Positions 17,072-24,845 of a stretch of 64,000 nucleotides of DNA are shown here, piece by piece (positions within the stretch are counted from its first letter, which is position 1; each line of letters opens with the position of its first letter). Where the stretch lies: the NCBI GenBank assembly GCA_016839805.1, contig JAEOTO010000032.1:202564-266563 (forward strand), given 5' to 3'. The translations under genes were made by a program, and so were the position numbers. The notes beneath the pieces are model-generated. The model was not told where the DNA came from, searched no databases, and saw nothing but the letters and a program-made list of their open reading frames with translations. This DNA comes from Candidatus Hermodarchaeota archaeon (GTDB lineage: Archaea; Asgardarchaeota; Hermodarchaeia; Hermodarchaeales; Hermodarchaeaceae).

Positions 17072-17761
17072 ATGAAGCTTGTTCTCAAAATTGGTGGGTC
17101 ACTCCTTTTTGGCAAAAACCAAGAATTCAATATAGATCGATTTAAAAAATTTGCAGAAGTTATTCGGAAATTGAAAAATCAAAATCACGATCTAGTCTTG
17201 GTGGTTGGCGGAGGGATATTGGCAAAATCTTTGGTTGAACTGGGAAAAGTGTTAGAAGCCGAACATGATGACCTGGATCGCCTGGGAATTGCAGCCACAT
17301 GGGTTTGTGCACAACTTATGATTGCTGCTTTAAGTGACATAGCTTATCCTATCCCGATTATGACAGAGCAGCAGCTGACACGTCTCAAGGGAACTGAAAA
17401 AATCCTTGTTTTAGGAGGGTTGCTTCCTGGGCAATCAACCAATGCTGTTGCCGCTTGTGCGGCAGAACTAACTAATTCAAGAATTCTGATCAATGCCACA
17501 GACGTAGAAGGTGTCTATAATGGTGACCCCAAGAGGTCCACGAAAGTAAAACTTCTTCCGGAATTGACAATCGAGCAATTACGCGTAATCGTTAGCTCGT
17601 TAGAAAGTGAACCAGGAACATATCCGCTTTTTGATAAACGTGCTTTGGATGTCGCTAAACGGGCTCATATTGAGGTTTGGTTTGTTAATGGATCAAATCC
17701 TGAGAACATACTCTTAGCAATAGAAAAGAGAAAAATCGGTACACGGGTTGTGCCGTCGTGA
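17072..17761 (+). CDS. pyrH: Uridylate (UMP) kinase, archaeal type
   Basis: 229 aa amino-acid-kinase fold. N-terminus MKLVLKIGGSLL, VVGGG, typical archaeal PyrH length. Confidence 0.8.
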   Translation: MKLVLKIGGSLLFGKNQEFNIDRFKKFAEVIRKLKNQNHDLVLVVGGGILAKSLVELGKVLEAEHDDLDRLGIAATWVCAQLMIAALSDIAYPIPIMTEQQLTRLKGTEKILVLGGLLPGQSTNAVAACAAELTNSRILINATDVEGVYNGDPKRSTKVKLLPELTIEQLRVIVSSLESEPGTYPLFDKRALDVAKRAHIEVWFVNGSNPENILLAIEKRKIGTRVVPS

Positions 17762-17860
17762 ATTTCATCAAGGGAGATATCTTTCGAGGAACACTTTTTT
17801 CCTCACAGCTCCTTGTATTGGTAATAGCTTTCTTTCTAGCGGTGAGGTTGGCTTCATCCA

Positions 17861-18148
17861 ATGGGTCGATTAAAAGAGCTCTTCGGTGATACTCCACAGA
17901 TAAGACTATTAGAAGTGCTAATTGAACAAAAGGATACGACAATGCATCTTTCAATGTTAGCCCGGCGGGCTCAAGTATCTGTCTCCTCAGTGGAGCGGTG
18001 TCTTCTGCCTTTGATTAAAGTAGGTATCGTTTCTGATATTCGGTTCTTTCGACGACGAAGAATTTTGCATTTAAACCCGAAACATCCCATCGCGAAATTA
18101 CTCGTGTCCTTTAAAGAAGAACTTGATAATGACTGGGGTTCTAGGTAA
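17861..18148 (+). CDS. Small winged-helix transcriptional regulator
   Basis: 95 aa. PQIRLLEVLIEQKDTTMHLSMLARRAQVSVSSVERCLLPLIKVGIV is an ArsR-like HTH. Confidence 0.6.
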   Translation: MGRLKELFGDTPQIRLLEVLIEQKDTTMHLSMLARRAQVSVSSVERCLLPLIKVGIVSDIRFFRRRRILHLNPKHPIAKLLVSFKEELDNDWGSR

Positions 18149-18157
18149 CACGCCTTT

Positions 18158-19303
18158 CTAATTCTTTGAACTGGCTAGCGCTTTTAATCGGGAAAGCATC
18201 CTTTTCGGGTGAATAACTTCTGCCCAGCGCTTTCTCTTTCCAATCTCAACATGTACTAAAGTGTCTGATTTCCTAAAGGCACGTTGGACATAACCCAAAC
18301 CAACGCCTTTTTTAATTAATGGTGAGATTGAGCCACTTGTGACCTCCCCGATCATTTCGCCTTTTGAAGAAATTGGGTTTCCTGTTCGGGGGATACCTTT
18401 TCCTAGCATAATGAGCCCAATGCGTAATTGTTGAGGCTTTTCTTGTTTTTCGGTTACTAGTGCTTCTCTTCCAAGAAACGTTTTTTTCTTTAAATGGACG
18501 ATAAAACCAATACGGGCTTGGTATGGTGAAGTCTGTTCATTAATGTCGTTACCATAAAGAACCATCCCCGCTTCTAAGCGTAATGTGTCACGGGCTGCTA
18601 ATCCAACAGGGACAAGTCCCTCTTCTTGTCCTTTATCCAGAATTCTGTTCCATAGATTAACCGCCTTTTCCTTTTCATCGAGACTCACATTTAGTTGGGC
18701 AATTTCAAACCCATCTTCACCGGTATATCCACTACGTGTAGCAATGACTTCATGCCCGTCTAGCTTTATCTGAATAGAACTAAAACGTGGCACAGATGAC
18801 AAGTCAGTCGTAGTCAGTTTTTGCAGGATCATAACTGCGGCTGGCCCCTGGAGAGCAAACATCGGAGTAATGTCAGAGATATTAGCGACTTTTACTTTAA
18901 ACCCGTCTGCATGTTTATTCATCCATGCAAAGTCTTTCTTGCGATTAGCACCATTTACTACAACATAATATTCATTTTCGGCGAGACGAAATAGGAAAAG
19001 GTCATCTACGATTCCTCCCTTCATTGTACAAAAAGTGCTATACGTTCCTTCCCCTGTTTCTAGTCGCTGAATTCGAGTAGGCAAGAGATACTCTAGATAT
19101 TGAGTTGCTTCGGGACCTGTAATCATAGCTCTACCCATATGGGTAACATCGAAAATTCCCGCGGCTGTCCGTGTAGCAAGATGTTCGGGAACGGCTGCCT
19201 TGTACCACAAAGGCATATGAAAACCAGCGAACTCAACCATTTTTGCGCCATGTGCTACATGCCAATCGTGCAAATGGGTTGTTAATAACTGTGAGCTCGT
19301 CAT
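18158..19303 (-). CDS. gcvT: Glycine cleavage system T protein (aminomethyltransferase)
   Basis: 381 aa. N-terminus LHDWHVAHGAKMVEFAGFHMPLWY, plus SRSGYTGEDGFEI, typical of GcvT. Confidence 0.9.
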   Translation of the reverse strand: MTSSQLLTTHLHDWHVAHGAKMVEFAGFHMPLWYKAAVPEHLATRTAAGIFDVTHMGRAMITGPEATQYLEYLLPTRIQRLETGEGTYSTFCTMKGGIVDDLFLFRLAENEYYVVVNGANRKKDFAWMNKHADGFKVKVANISDITPMFALQGPAAVMILQKLTTTDLSSVPRFSSIQIKLDGHEVIATRSGYTGEDGFEIAQLNVSLDEKEKAVNLWNRILDKGQEEGLVPVGLAARDTLRLEAGMVLYGNDINEQTSPYQARIGFIVHLKKKTFLGREALVTEKQEKPQQLRIGLIMLGKGIPRTGNPISSKGEMIGEVTSGSISPLIKKGVGLGYVQRAFRKSDTLVHVEIGKRKRWAEVIHPKRMLSRLKALASSKN

Positions 19304-19372
19304 AATGCTGACCTCTTTGAAACGGTCGAGTTCTTATTTAAGCAAGTGGCATTAAGTTTTCGGTGACTACAA

Positions 19373-20209
19373 ATGGGTCCCTTCCAAGCACAACTTGGTC
19401 CTGTAACAGTTGGTGATCATGAAGACGTTGCAGTCATGGGTATTATAAATCTGGATCCTTACTCCTTTTATCAACCATCTTATTTTGCCTCTTCGAAAGA
19501 GGCTCTTTCCGCAGCTAAAATGATGATCGAGGAAGGCGCTGATATCATTGACGTTGGAGGTGTATCCACAGCACCTGGGTCTCCAGAAGTATCCGTTGAC
19601 ACCGAAAAGCGTCGTGTTGCCACGATTATCCAACAGATAGCACAAAATTGGGATATCCCAATTTCTATTGACACCCAACGGACTCAAGTCGTTCAAACTG
19701 CAATAAGGTATGGAGCCACTATTGTTAACGATGTATCTGGCTTGAAATATGACCCTGATATGGCAAAGACGATTCAGGATAGTGGTGTAAGCTGTGTGTT
19801 AATGGCGGCAGGAAATCGACCTGGAGATCGGGCCACACTTCCTGAGATCATCTCGGCATTAGAGGATAGTCTTCAAATAGCTTTGTCTGCAGGAATTCCT
19901 TCTAACCACATCGTCGTGGATCCAGGGATTGGATTTGGCAAACCTTTCAAATGCGATCTTGAAATACTCCGAAATCTTCGGCGGTTTCGTGTTCTCGAAC
20001 AACCAATTCTGCTTGGCGTATCAAGAAAGCATTTCATCGGTGAAGTGCTTGGTTACTCTTCGCCGCATGATCGGCTCTATGGGACTCTTGCTGCTTTGAC
20101 AATAGCGCTCCAGGAAGGAGTGCACGTTATTCGGACCCATGATATCCTTGCAGCACAAGACTGTGTAAAGATGGTTAATGCCCTTCTGTCAAACAAAGAG
20201 GGTGAATGA
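19373..20209 (+). CDS. folP: Dihydropteroate synthase
   Basis: 278 aa pterin-binding fold. MGIINLDPYSFY, GADIIDVGGVSTAPG, VNDVSG, VDPGIGFGK. Confidence 0.9.
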   Translation: MGPFQAQLGPVTVGDHEDVAVMGIINLDPYSFYQPSYFASSKEALSAAKMMIEEGADIIDVGGVSTAPGSPEVSVDTEKRRVATIIQQIAQNWDIPISIDTQRTQVVQTAIRYGATIVNDVSGLKYDPDMAKTIQDSGVSCVLMAAGNRPGDRATLPEIISALEDSLQIALSAGIPSNHIVVDPGIGFGKPFKCDLEILRNLRRFRVLEQPILLGVSRKHFIGEVLGYSSPHDRLYGTLAALTIALQEGVHVIRTHDILAAQDCVKMVNALLSNKEGE

Positions 20210-20212
20210 AAT

Positions 20213-20992
20213 ATGGAGCTCTATGGACTTTCAACACCAATTATACAACCAGGTGATAATTTAGTTCGGATTGTCTTAACGGCTATGGACCAACAGGGAT
20301 TAGTACCGAACACACATGATATCTTCGTAATAGCCGAAACGGTAGTTGCCACAAGCCAAAATCGAATTCGCGAATTAACAAAAGTAACAGTTACCCCACA
20401 TGCTCTGGAACTTTCAGAGCAATATGGGCTAGATGCATCCCTTGCCCAACTAATTCTAGACGAGGCTGATGAAATACTTGGTGGAGTCCCCCATGTGCTA
20501 TTAACAATTAAAGATAACACCTTAATGGCAAATGCTGGAATCGATCGCTCAAATGCACCACCAGGTCATGTCGTCCTTCTACCCATTCAACCTACTGATG
20601 AAGCCTGGCGAATAAAAACCGAATTAGAAAACCAAACCGGTCACGAGCTAGGAATAATTATTGCTGACAGCCGAACTCAACCACTCAGACTAGGAACGGT
20701 TGGGCTAGCTGTGGCAATCGCTGGGATTGAACCAGTCAAAGATTTTCGAGGGCATCCCGATTTGTATGGCACACCACTACGAATAACTCGCTCAGCAATA
20801 GCTGACAATCTTGCCTCGGCGGCTCAACTATTATTCGGTGAAGCCAATGAACAAGTACCCCTTGTGTTAATTCGAGGAGCACCCGTAACTTTTACAAAAA
20901 AACGGATACAACCAGAATCAATGACCATCGATCGACAAGATTGCTTGTACATGACGATATTCAAAGATTATAGTGATTCAATTAGAATCTGA
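20213..20992 (+). CDS. cofE: CofE-family gamma-glutamyl ligase (F420-0:L-glutamate ligase-like)
   Basis: 259 aa. ANAGIDRSNAP and IIADSRTQPLRLGTVGLAIA are CofE-family signatures. Starts 4 nt after the folP stop. Confidence 0.75.
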   Translation: MELYGLSTPIIQPGDNLVRIVLTAMDQQGLVPNTHDIFVIAETVVATSQNRIRELTKVTVTPHALELSEQYGLDASLAQLILDEADEILGGVPHVLLTIKDNTLMANAGIDRSNAPPGHVVLLPIQPTDEAWRIKTELENQTGHELGIIIADSRTQPLRLGTVGLAVAIAGIEPVKDFRGHPDLYGTPLRITRSAIADNLASAAQLLFGEANEQVPLVLIRGAPVTFTKKRIQPESMTIDRQDCLYMTIFKDYSDSIRI

Positions 20993-21013
20993 GCATTTGA
21001 AAAGGCGGAGAAC

Positions 21014-21046
21014 GGCTCAGTACTCAAGATCCTTATCATCCCTAAT
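21014..21046 (+). repeat. Left arm of an imperfect inverted repeat (core GTACTCAAGATCCTTA, 21020-21035)
   Basis: The core matches the reverse complement of 23149-23163 (GTACTCA-GATCCTTA) at 15 of 16 positions (one extra A). Weaker similarity extends to about 32 nt. Confidence 0.5.
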
Positions 21047-21139
21047 AGCACGCTACAGGTCGTAAGGGTCAGGTCTTCACAGCCAATCTCCAATAAGAAT
21101 CATATTTTCCTTCCTTTTATGCATTCGCAAAAGAAAATA

Positions 21140-21244
21140 TGGTGCGGCTTCCGGGATTTTCGGTGACTTTACAAAGCAGTCAAGCATTCGAACCCGGGTC
21201 TCAGGCGTGGGAGGCCTGGGTCATAACCACTAGACAAAAGCCGC
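21140..21244 (-). tRNA. tRNA-Gly(CCC) with a ~30-nt intron in the T loop; CCA encoded
   Basis: GCGGCTT-TT-GTC-TAGTGGTTAT-GAC-C-CAGGC-CTCCCAC-GCCTG-AGAC-CCGGG-TTCGAA[TGCTTGACTGCTTTGTAAAGTCACCGAAAA]T-CCCGG-AAGCCGC-A-CCA. Confidence 0.8.
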
Positions 21245-21378
21245 ATGGTTCTAATGTGAAGAAGTACCAAGTAAACCTAAAATCATTTTGGTAGATTAAT
21301 CCTTAGATAACCTATTTTACACCTAAAATGGAAAAAAATCTATGAATAGTGTCACGTCCTCACAAGAAGGAATCTATC

Positions 21379-21591
21379 ATGTCTTCCAAAGTTGAAGAGA
21401 TTGCTATCATCGCCATCATCATTGGTATTGTTTTGATTATCGCAGTTACTCTAGCTTGGGTCTTTTTACCTCCACCTACCAATTACACCATAGGAGGAGG
21501 GATTTTTGTGGCAGGTGTAATAGTGTTAATTGGTGGGGTTGTAATAGTTACAACGGCCAGGACCTGTAGAACGAAAGACCTTATAGAATAA
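21379..21591 (+). CDS. Possible small membrane protein (two predicted TM helices)
   Basis: The ORF track gives 21349 (GTG); the first ATG is 21379. Hydrophobic runs IAIIAIIIGIVLIIAVTLAWVFL and IFVAGVIVLIGGVVIV. No homology recognised. Confidence 0.3.
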   Translation: MSSKVEEIAIIAIIIGIVLIIAVTLAWVFLPPPTNYTIGGGIFVAGVIVLIGGVVIVTTARTCRTKDLIE

Positions 21592-21792
21592 TGTGGAACG
21601 AAGCTTGGACAAGTGGCACAAGTTCTTAACAAATTCGTTCCTGAAGTCACGCTTCTCAAATCCGTCAAGAGCCACCTCTATGCAAATGCAATTATTGTTG
21701 TTCATAGATGGAAAATTTTCCGTGGTGTTTTTTGTACTGATTGAAGAGATAATTGACGTAGGTCATCTGTTATTTTGGAGTATAGTTAAAGA

Positions 21793-23151
21793 ATGCAGAT
21801 TACGGTGTGCGGTAGAATATTTCCTTCAAAAGAAGAAGCTGGAAAACTGGATCTCCTAATGAAACACCAATCAACTTGTATGCGATCAGCTTACAAACGT
21901 ATTTGTGAAGGAAAAACCAAATCTGAAATAGACCGATTTCTGAAAAATTTGTATCCTGAATTGAACTCCCGTTATCGTAGAGATGGCTATTTCAGAGCGC
22001 TGGTCAACTATGAAGTAGCAGTGAAATTAGAAAAAATCGGTCTACTTAATTCTATTGAGAAGGTAATATTCGGTGGTCGAAAAAACTTCCAGCGAAGAGA
22101 GCAAGGAAAACTTACATCTGAGGAATGGAAACGGCTAAGGAATAATCAACTTTTTTCAAGGGGCGACAAATCCAAAAAAGGGAATCTTAACCTGCGATTT
22201 TTAGAATTAAATGGGCAATTGTTTCTTCGTGTGAATACAGGTAATCGTACCTGGGTTAACATACCCGCTTACCTCCCCAAACATGTAGAAGAAATCGTCA
22301 ACAGTGTAGTACCTTACGGAGTAAGGATCATAAGGAAAAATGCTTCGTATGAATTACGCGTTAACCGAAGACAAGATTTCGATAATAAATTTAATTTTGA
22401 ATTAGGGGCGGTGGGTGTTGATTTCAATCATAATACGGTTGATTTAGCAGTTACCAATAAACAAGGACAACTGAAGAAGCAACGAACAATAAATTGCCAA
22501 TCATTAACTTGTGCTCGTAAAGGAAAACGGGATTGGCTAATTGGGAACCTGGTCAAACATATTGTCTATTATGCCAAGTATTGGAAACGGGGACTAGTTA
22601 TTGAGAATCTGCATAAAGTGACTCAAGGTCAATCAAATCACCATGTGTTCACCTATCGAAAATTCTCTGAAGCTATTAAACGACGTGCCAAAAAAGAAGG
22701 TGTACAGATTCGAATAATAAATCCTGCATATACCTCTATTATAGGACGATGGAAATACGCCCCCTATTATCATCTCACGGTCCATCAATCCGCCGCTTTA
22801 GTAATTGCGCGGCGGGGACAGGGCTTTTCCGAACATCTCCGAAAGCTCAAGTCTTTAGTCCTCGAACCAATGGAAGGAGGAGAGGCTAGAGAGCATTCAC
22901 CCCGTCGTCGGGTACATGCATGGCGTTTTTGGAAAAAGTTGGGAAGCCTACCCTCCCATAACGGGATGAACACCCGGCACTCCAACCAACCCTGTAAGAT
23001 CAATAGGATGGAAAGTTGGAGAACAAGGAGTTCACACGAAAATAATCTGGATACAGACGACATATCCAGAGGGAAGATCGTCATCCCTGGTAGCGGTCCA
23101 TCACAAAGTGATGTGAATAGGATCCTACATTCCTCAGAAATAGAATCGTAA
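21793..23151 (+). CDS. tnpB: TnpB-like (IS200/IS605 OrfB-type, RuvC-fold) protein, divergent
   Basis: 452 aa. N-terminus RIFPSKEEAGKLDLLMKHQSTCMRSAYKRI is TnpB-like. RuvC-like motifs GAVGVDFNHNTVDLAV and GLVIENL, then INPAYTSIIGRWKY...VHQSAALVIARRG. No CxxC Zn-ribbon seen. Long low-complexity C-terminal tail. Confidence 0.7.
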   Translation: MQITVCGRIFPSKEEAGKLDLLMKHQSTCMRSAYKRICEGKTKSEIDRFLKNLYPELNSRYRRDGYFRALVNYEVAVKLEKIGLLNSIEKVIFGGRKNFQRREQGKLTSEEWKRLRNNQLFSRGDKSKKGNLNLRFLELNGQLFLRVNTGNRTWVNIPAYLPKHVEEIVNSVVPYGVRIIRKNASYELRVNRRQDFDNKFNFELGAVGVDFNHNTVDLAVTNKQGQLKKQRTINCQSLTCARKGKRDWLIGNLVKHIVYYAKYWKRGLVIENLHKVTQGQSNHHVFTYRKFSEAIKRRAKKEGVQIRIINPAYTSIIGRWKYAPYYHLTVHQSAALVIARRGQGFSEHLRKLKSLVLEPMEGGEAREHSPRRRVHAWRFWKKLGSLPSHNGMNTRHSNQPCKINRMESWRTRSSHENNLDTDDISRGKIVIPGSGPSQSDVNRILHSSEIES

Positions 23152-23169
23152 GGATCTGAGTACCAGGCC
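23138..23169 (-). repeat. Right arm of the imperfect inverted repeat (core TAAGGATCTGAGTAC, 23149-23163)
   Basis: See the left arm. The core contains the tnpB-like stop codon (23149-23151). The outer part overlaps the tRNA-Thr-like anticodon loop. Confidence 0.5.
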
Positions 23170-23197
23170 TAAATCCTGACCACTAGACCACGGTCGC
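23160..23197 (-). pseudogene. Orphan 5' half of a tRNA-Thr(GGT)-like gene (positions 1-38 only)
   Basis: Minus strand: GCGACCG-TG-GTCT-AGTGGTCA-GGAT-T-TAGGC-CTGGTAC. tRNA likeness ends at 37/38. No matching GCCTA, T arm or CGGTCGC-N-CCA found in the window. Confidence 0.6.
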
Positions 23198-23267
23198 GAT
23201 AAATTGTGTGAAACTGGAAGAAAGACCCTATAATAATTTCCGATACTAAGTTCTCTATGGTAAGAAG

Positions 23268-24701
23268 TCAGTTGTCTTCTGTTGCAGGTGGAGAATACCG
23301 GTATTGCTGTTGGGTTTTTGCCTTTTCAATAGTTTCAGGGTCAATCCGTTTGAGTTCACGTTCAGGAAATGTTGAAAGCATTTCCCAACCCAAATCAAGG
23401 GTTTGTTCAATAGTGCGTTCTTCGAATTCACCCTGATTTAGGAATTGTGTTTCAAACATTTCTATGAAGTTCAAATACACCCGATCCCGGTCTGAGAGGG
23501 CCCCTTCACCTACAACTGCCACAAGGTCTCGGAGGTCTGAACCTTCGCTAGCAGCATAGTATAATTGAGCTTGAACCTCATTATGATCTGCACGAGTATG
23601 CCCTTCCCCAATTCCTTCCTTCATTAATCGACTAAGACTCGGTGCAGGGTCAATTGGAGGGTAGATTCCTTTATTGTGAAGGGAACGACTTGTAATAAGC
23701 TGTCCTTCAGTGATATAACCGGTGAGATCAGCTACTGGATGCGTAATATCGTCACCGGGCATTGTTAGAATGGGCATTTGTGTGATAGTACCTTTTCGTC
23801 CAATGATACGGCCTGCTCGTTCGTAGATAGATGAAAGGTCTGTATAGAGATATCCTGGATACCCTCTACGACCAGGTACCTCCTCTCGGGCCGCTGATAT
23901 CTCACGTAGGGCGTTTGCATAGTTGAGCATGTCTGTTAGTATAACGAGAACATGCATACCCTGTTCAAAGGCTAGATACTCAGCAATTGTGAGGGCAGTT
24001 CGTGGTGTAATAATTCGTTCAATCGGAGGATCATCTGCAAGATTTAACACAAGCACACTTGTGGCTAACGCGCCCGTCTCTTCTAAAGTCTTCATGTAAA
24101 ATTGCGCAGTTTCAGCTGTAATTCCGATTGCGCAAAGTATTACGGCAAACTGTTCCTCTTTACCCGGAATTTTTGCCTGGCGTGTGATTTGGGCTGCAAC
24201 CCGATCATGTGGCAAACCGGAACCACTGAAAATTGGGAGTTTCTGACCACGAACGAGCGTGTTAAGTCCATCAATGACGCTGAGGCCTGTTTGAATAAAT
24301 TCTCGTGGATATTGTCTTGCATCGGGGTTCATTGGTGCTCCATTGAGATCCAATTCGTCATCAGGGACAATCGGTGGTCCCTTGTCAATAGGGATTCCAG
24401 AGCCTGTGAGAACTCGTCCGAGTAGATCAATGGTAACCGAAGTTCTCATCGTTTCACCAGTAAGACGTACTCGAGTTGCCTTCGTGTCAAGTCCACGAGT
24501 TCCTTCAAAAACTTGAACTATTGCACGCCCTCTCATAGCCTCTAATACAGTACCTCGACGCAGAGTTCCATCTGGTGCAGTTACTTCGACAAGCTCATTG
24601 TACGCAACATCTCCTACCTTATCCAGAATTAGCAGGGGACCTGAGACAGTGGTCACAGTCTGATACGTCGGCTTCAAGGCAGAGGTTTGTTTGTCAGTCA
24701 T
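23268..24701 (-). CDS. atpB: A/V-type ATP synthase subunit B
   Basis: The ORF track starts at TTG 24716; ATG at 24701 gives [23 protein letters not shown]. Conserved [22 protein letters not shown] and [17 protein letters not shown]. Confidence 0.95.
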   Translation of the reverse strand: MTDKQTSALKPTYQTVTTVSGPLLILDKVGDVAYNELVEVTAPDGTLRRGTVLEAMRGRAIVQVFEGTRGLDTKATRVRLTGETMRTSVTIDLLGRVLTGSGIPIDKGPPIVPDDELDLNGAPMNPDARQYPREFIQTGLSVIDGLNTLVRGQKLPIFSGSGLPHDRVAAQITRQAKIPGKEEQFAVILCAIGITAETAQFYMKTLEETGALATSVLVLNLADDPPIERIITPRTALTIAEYLAFEQGMHVLVILTDMLNYANALREISAAREEVPGRRGYPGYLYTDLSSIYERAGRIIGRKGTITQMPILTMPGDDITHPVADLTGYITEGQLITSRSLHNKGIYPPIDPAPSLSRLMKEGIGEGHTRADHNEVQAQLYYAASEGSDLRDLVAVVGEGALSDRDRVYLNFIEMFETQFLNQGEFEERTIEQTLDLGWEMLSTFPERELKRIDPETIEKAKTQQQYRYSPPATEDN

Positions 24702-24845
24702 TATTAGCAGCCTCAAATTTTGAGTTTATGTGTTCGAAAATATGACGGGCTTCGGTCACTAGGCTTGTGCAACTTTTAAGCCTTACTTTAAGACGAGAAA
24801 AAACTTTGGAATTTGGTCACTCCTGAAATAAACTAAATTTAAAGA

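Larger units (their letters stand above)
21014..23169 (+). mobile_element. Candidate IS-like unit bounded by the inverted repeats, containing tRNA-Gly, a small ORF and the tnpB-like gene
   Basis: Inverted-repeat pair 2.1 kb apart. A TnpB-like ORF ends inside the right arm. No target-site duplication recognised; boundaries are speculative. Confidence 0.3.

Noticed and set aside
20940-21035. Search for the missing 3' half of the tRNA-Thr-like gene left of the inverted repeat
   Set aside because: The minus strand there reads TGAGCCGTTCTCCGCCTTTTCAAATGCTCAG. It contains TTCAAAT but has no flanking T stem and no CGGTCGC acceptor strand, and it overlaps the cofE-like stop. It is not a tRNA half.
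21593-21859. 88-aa ORF upstream of and overlapping the tnpB-like start
   Set aside because: It is out of frame with tnpB, AT-rich and without features. It is probably element-end noncoding sequence.
22785-23084. 99-aa antisense ORF within the tnpB-like 3' region
   Set aside because: It is antisense to a better-supported gene. I treated its openness as evidence of non-protein constraint rather than as a gene.
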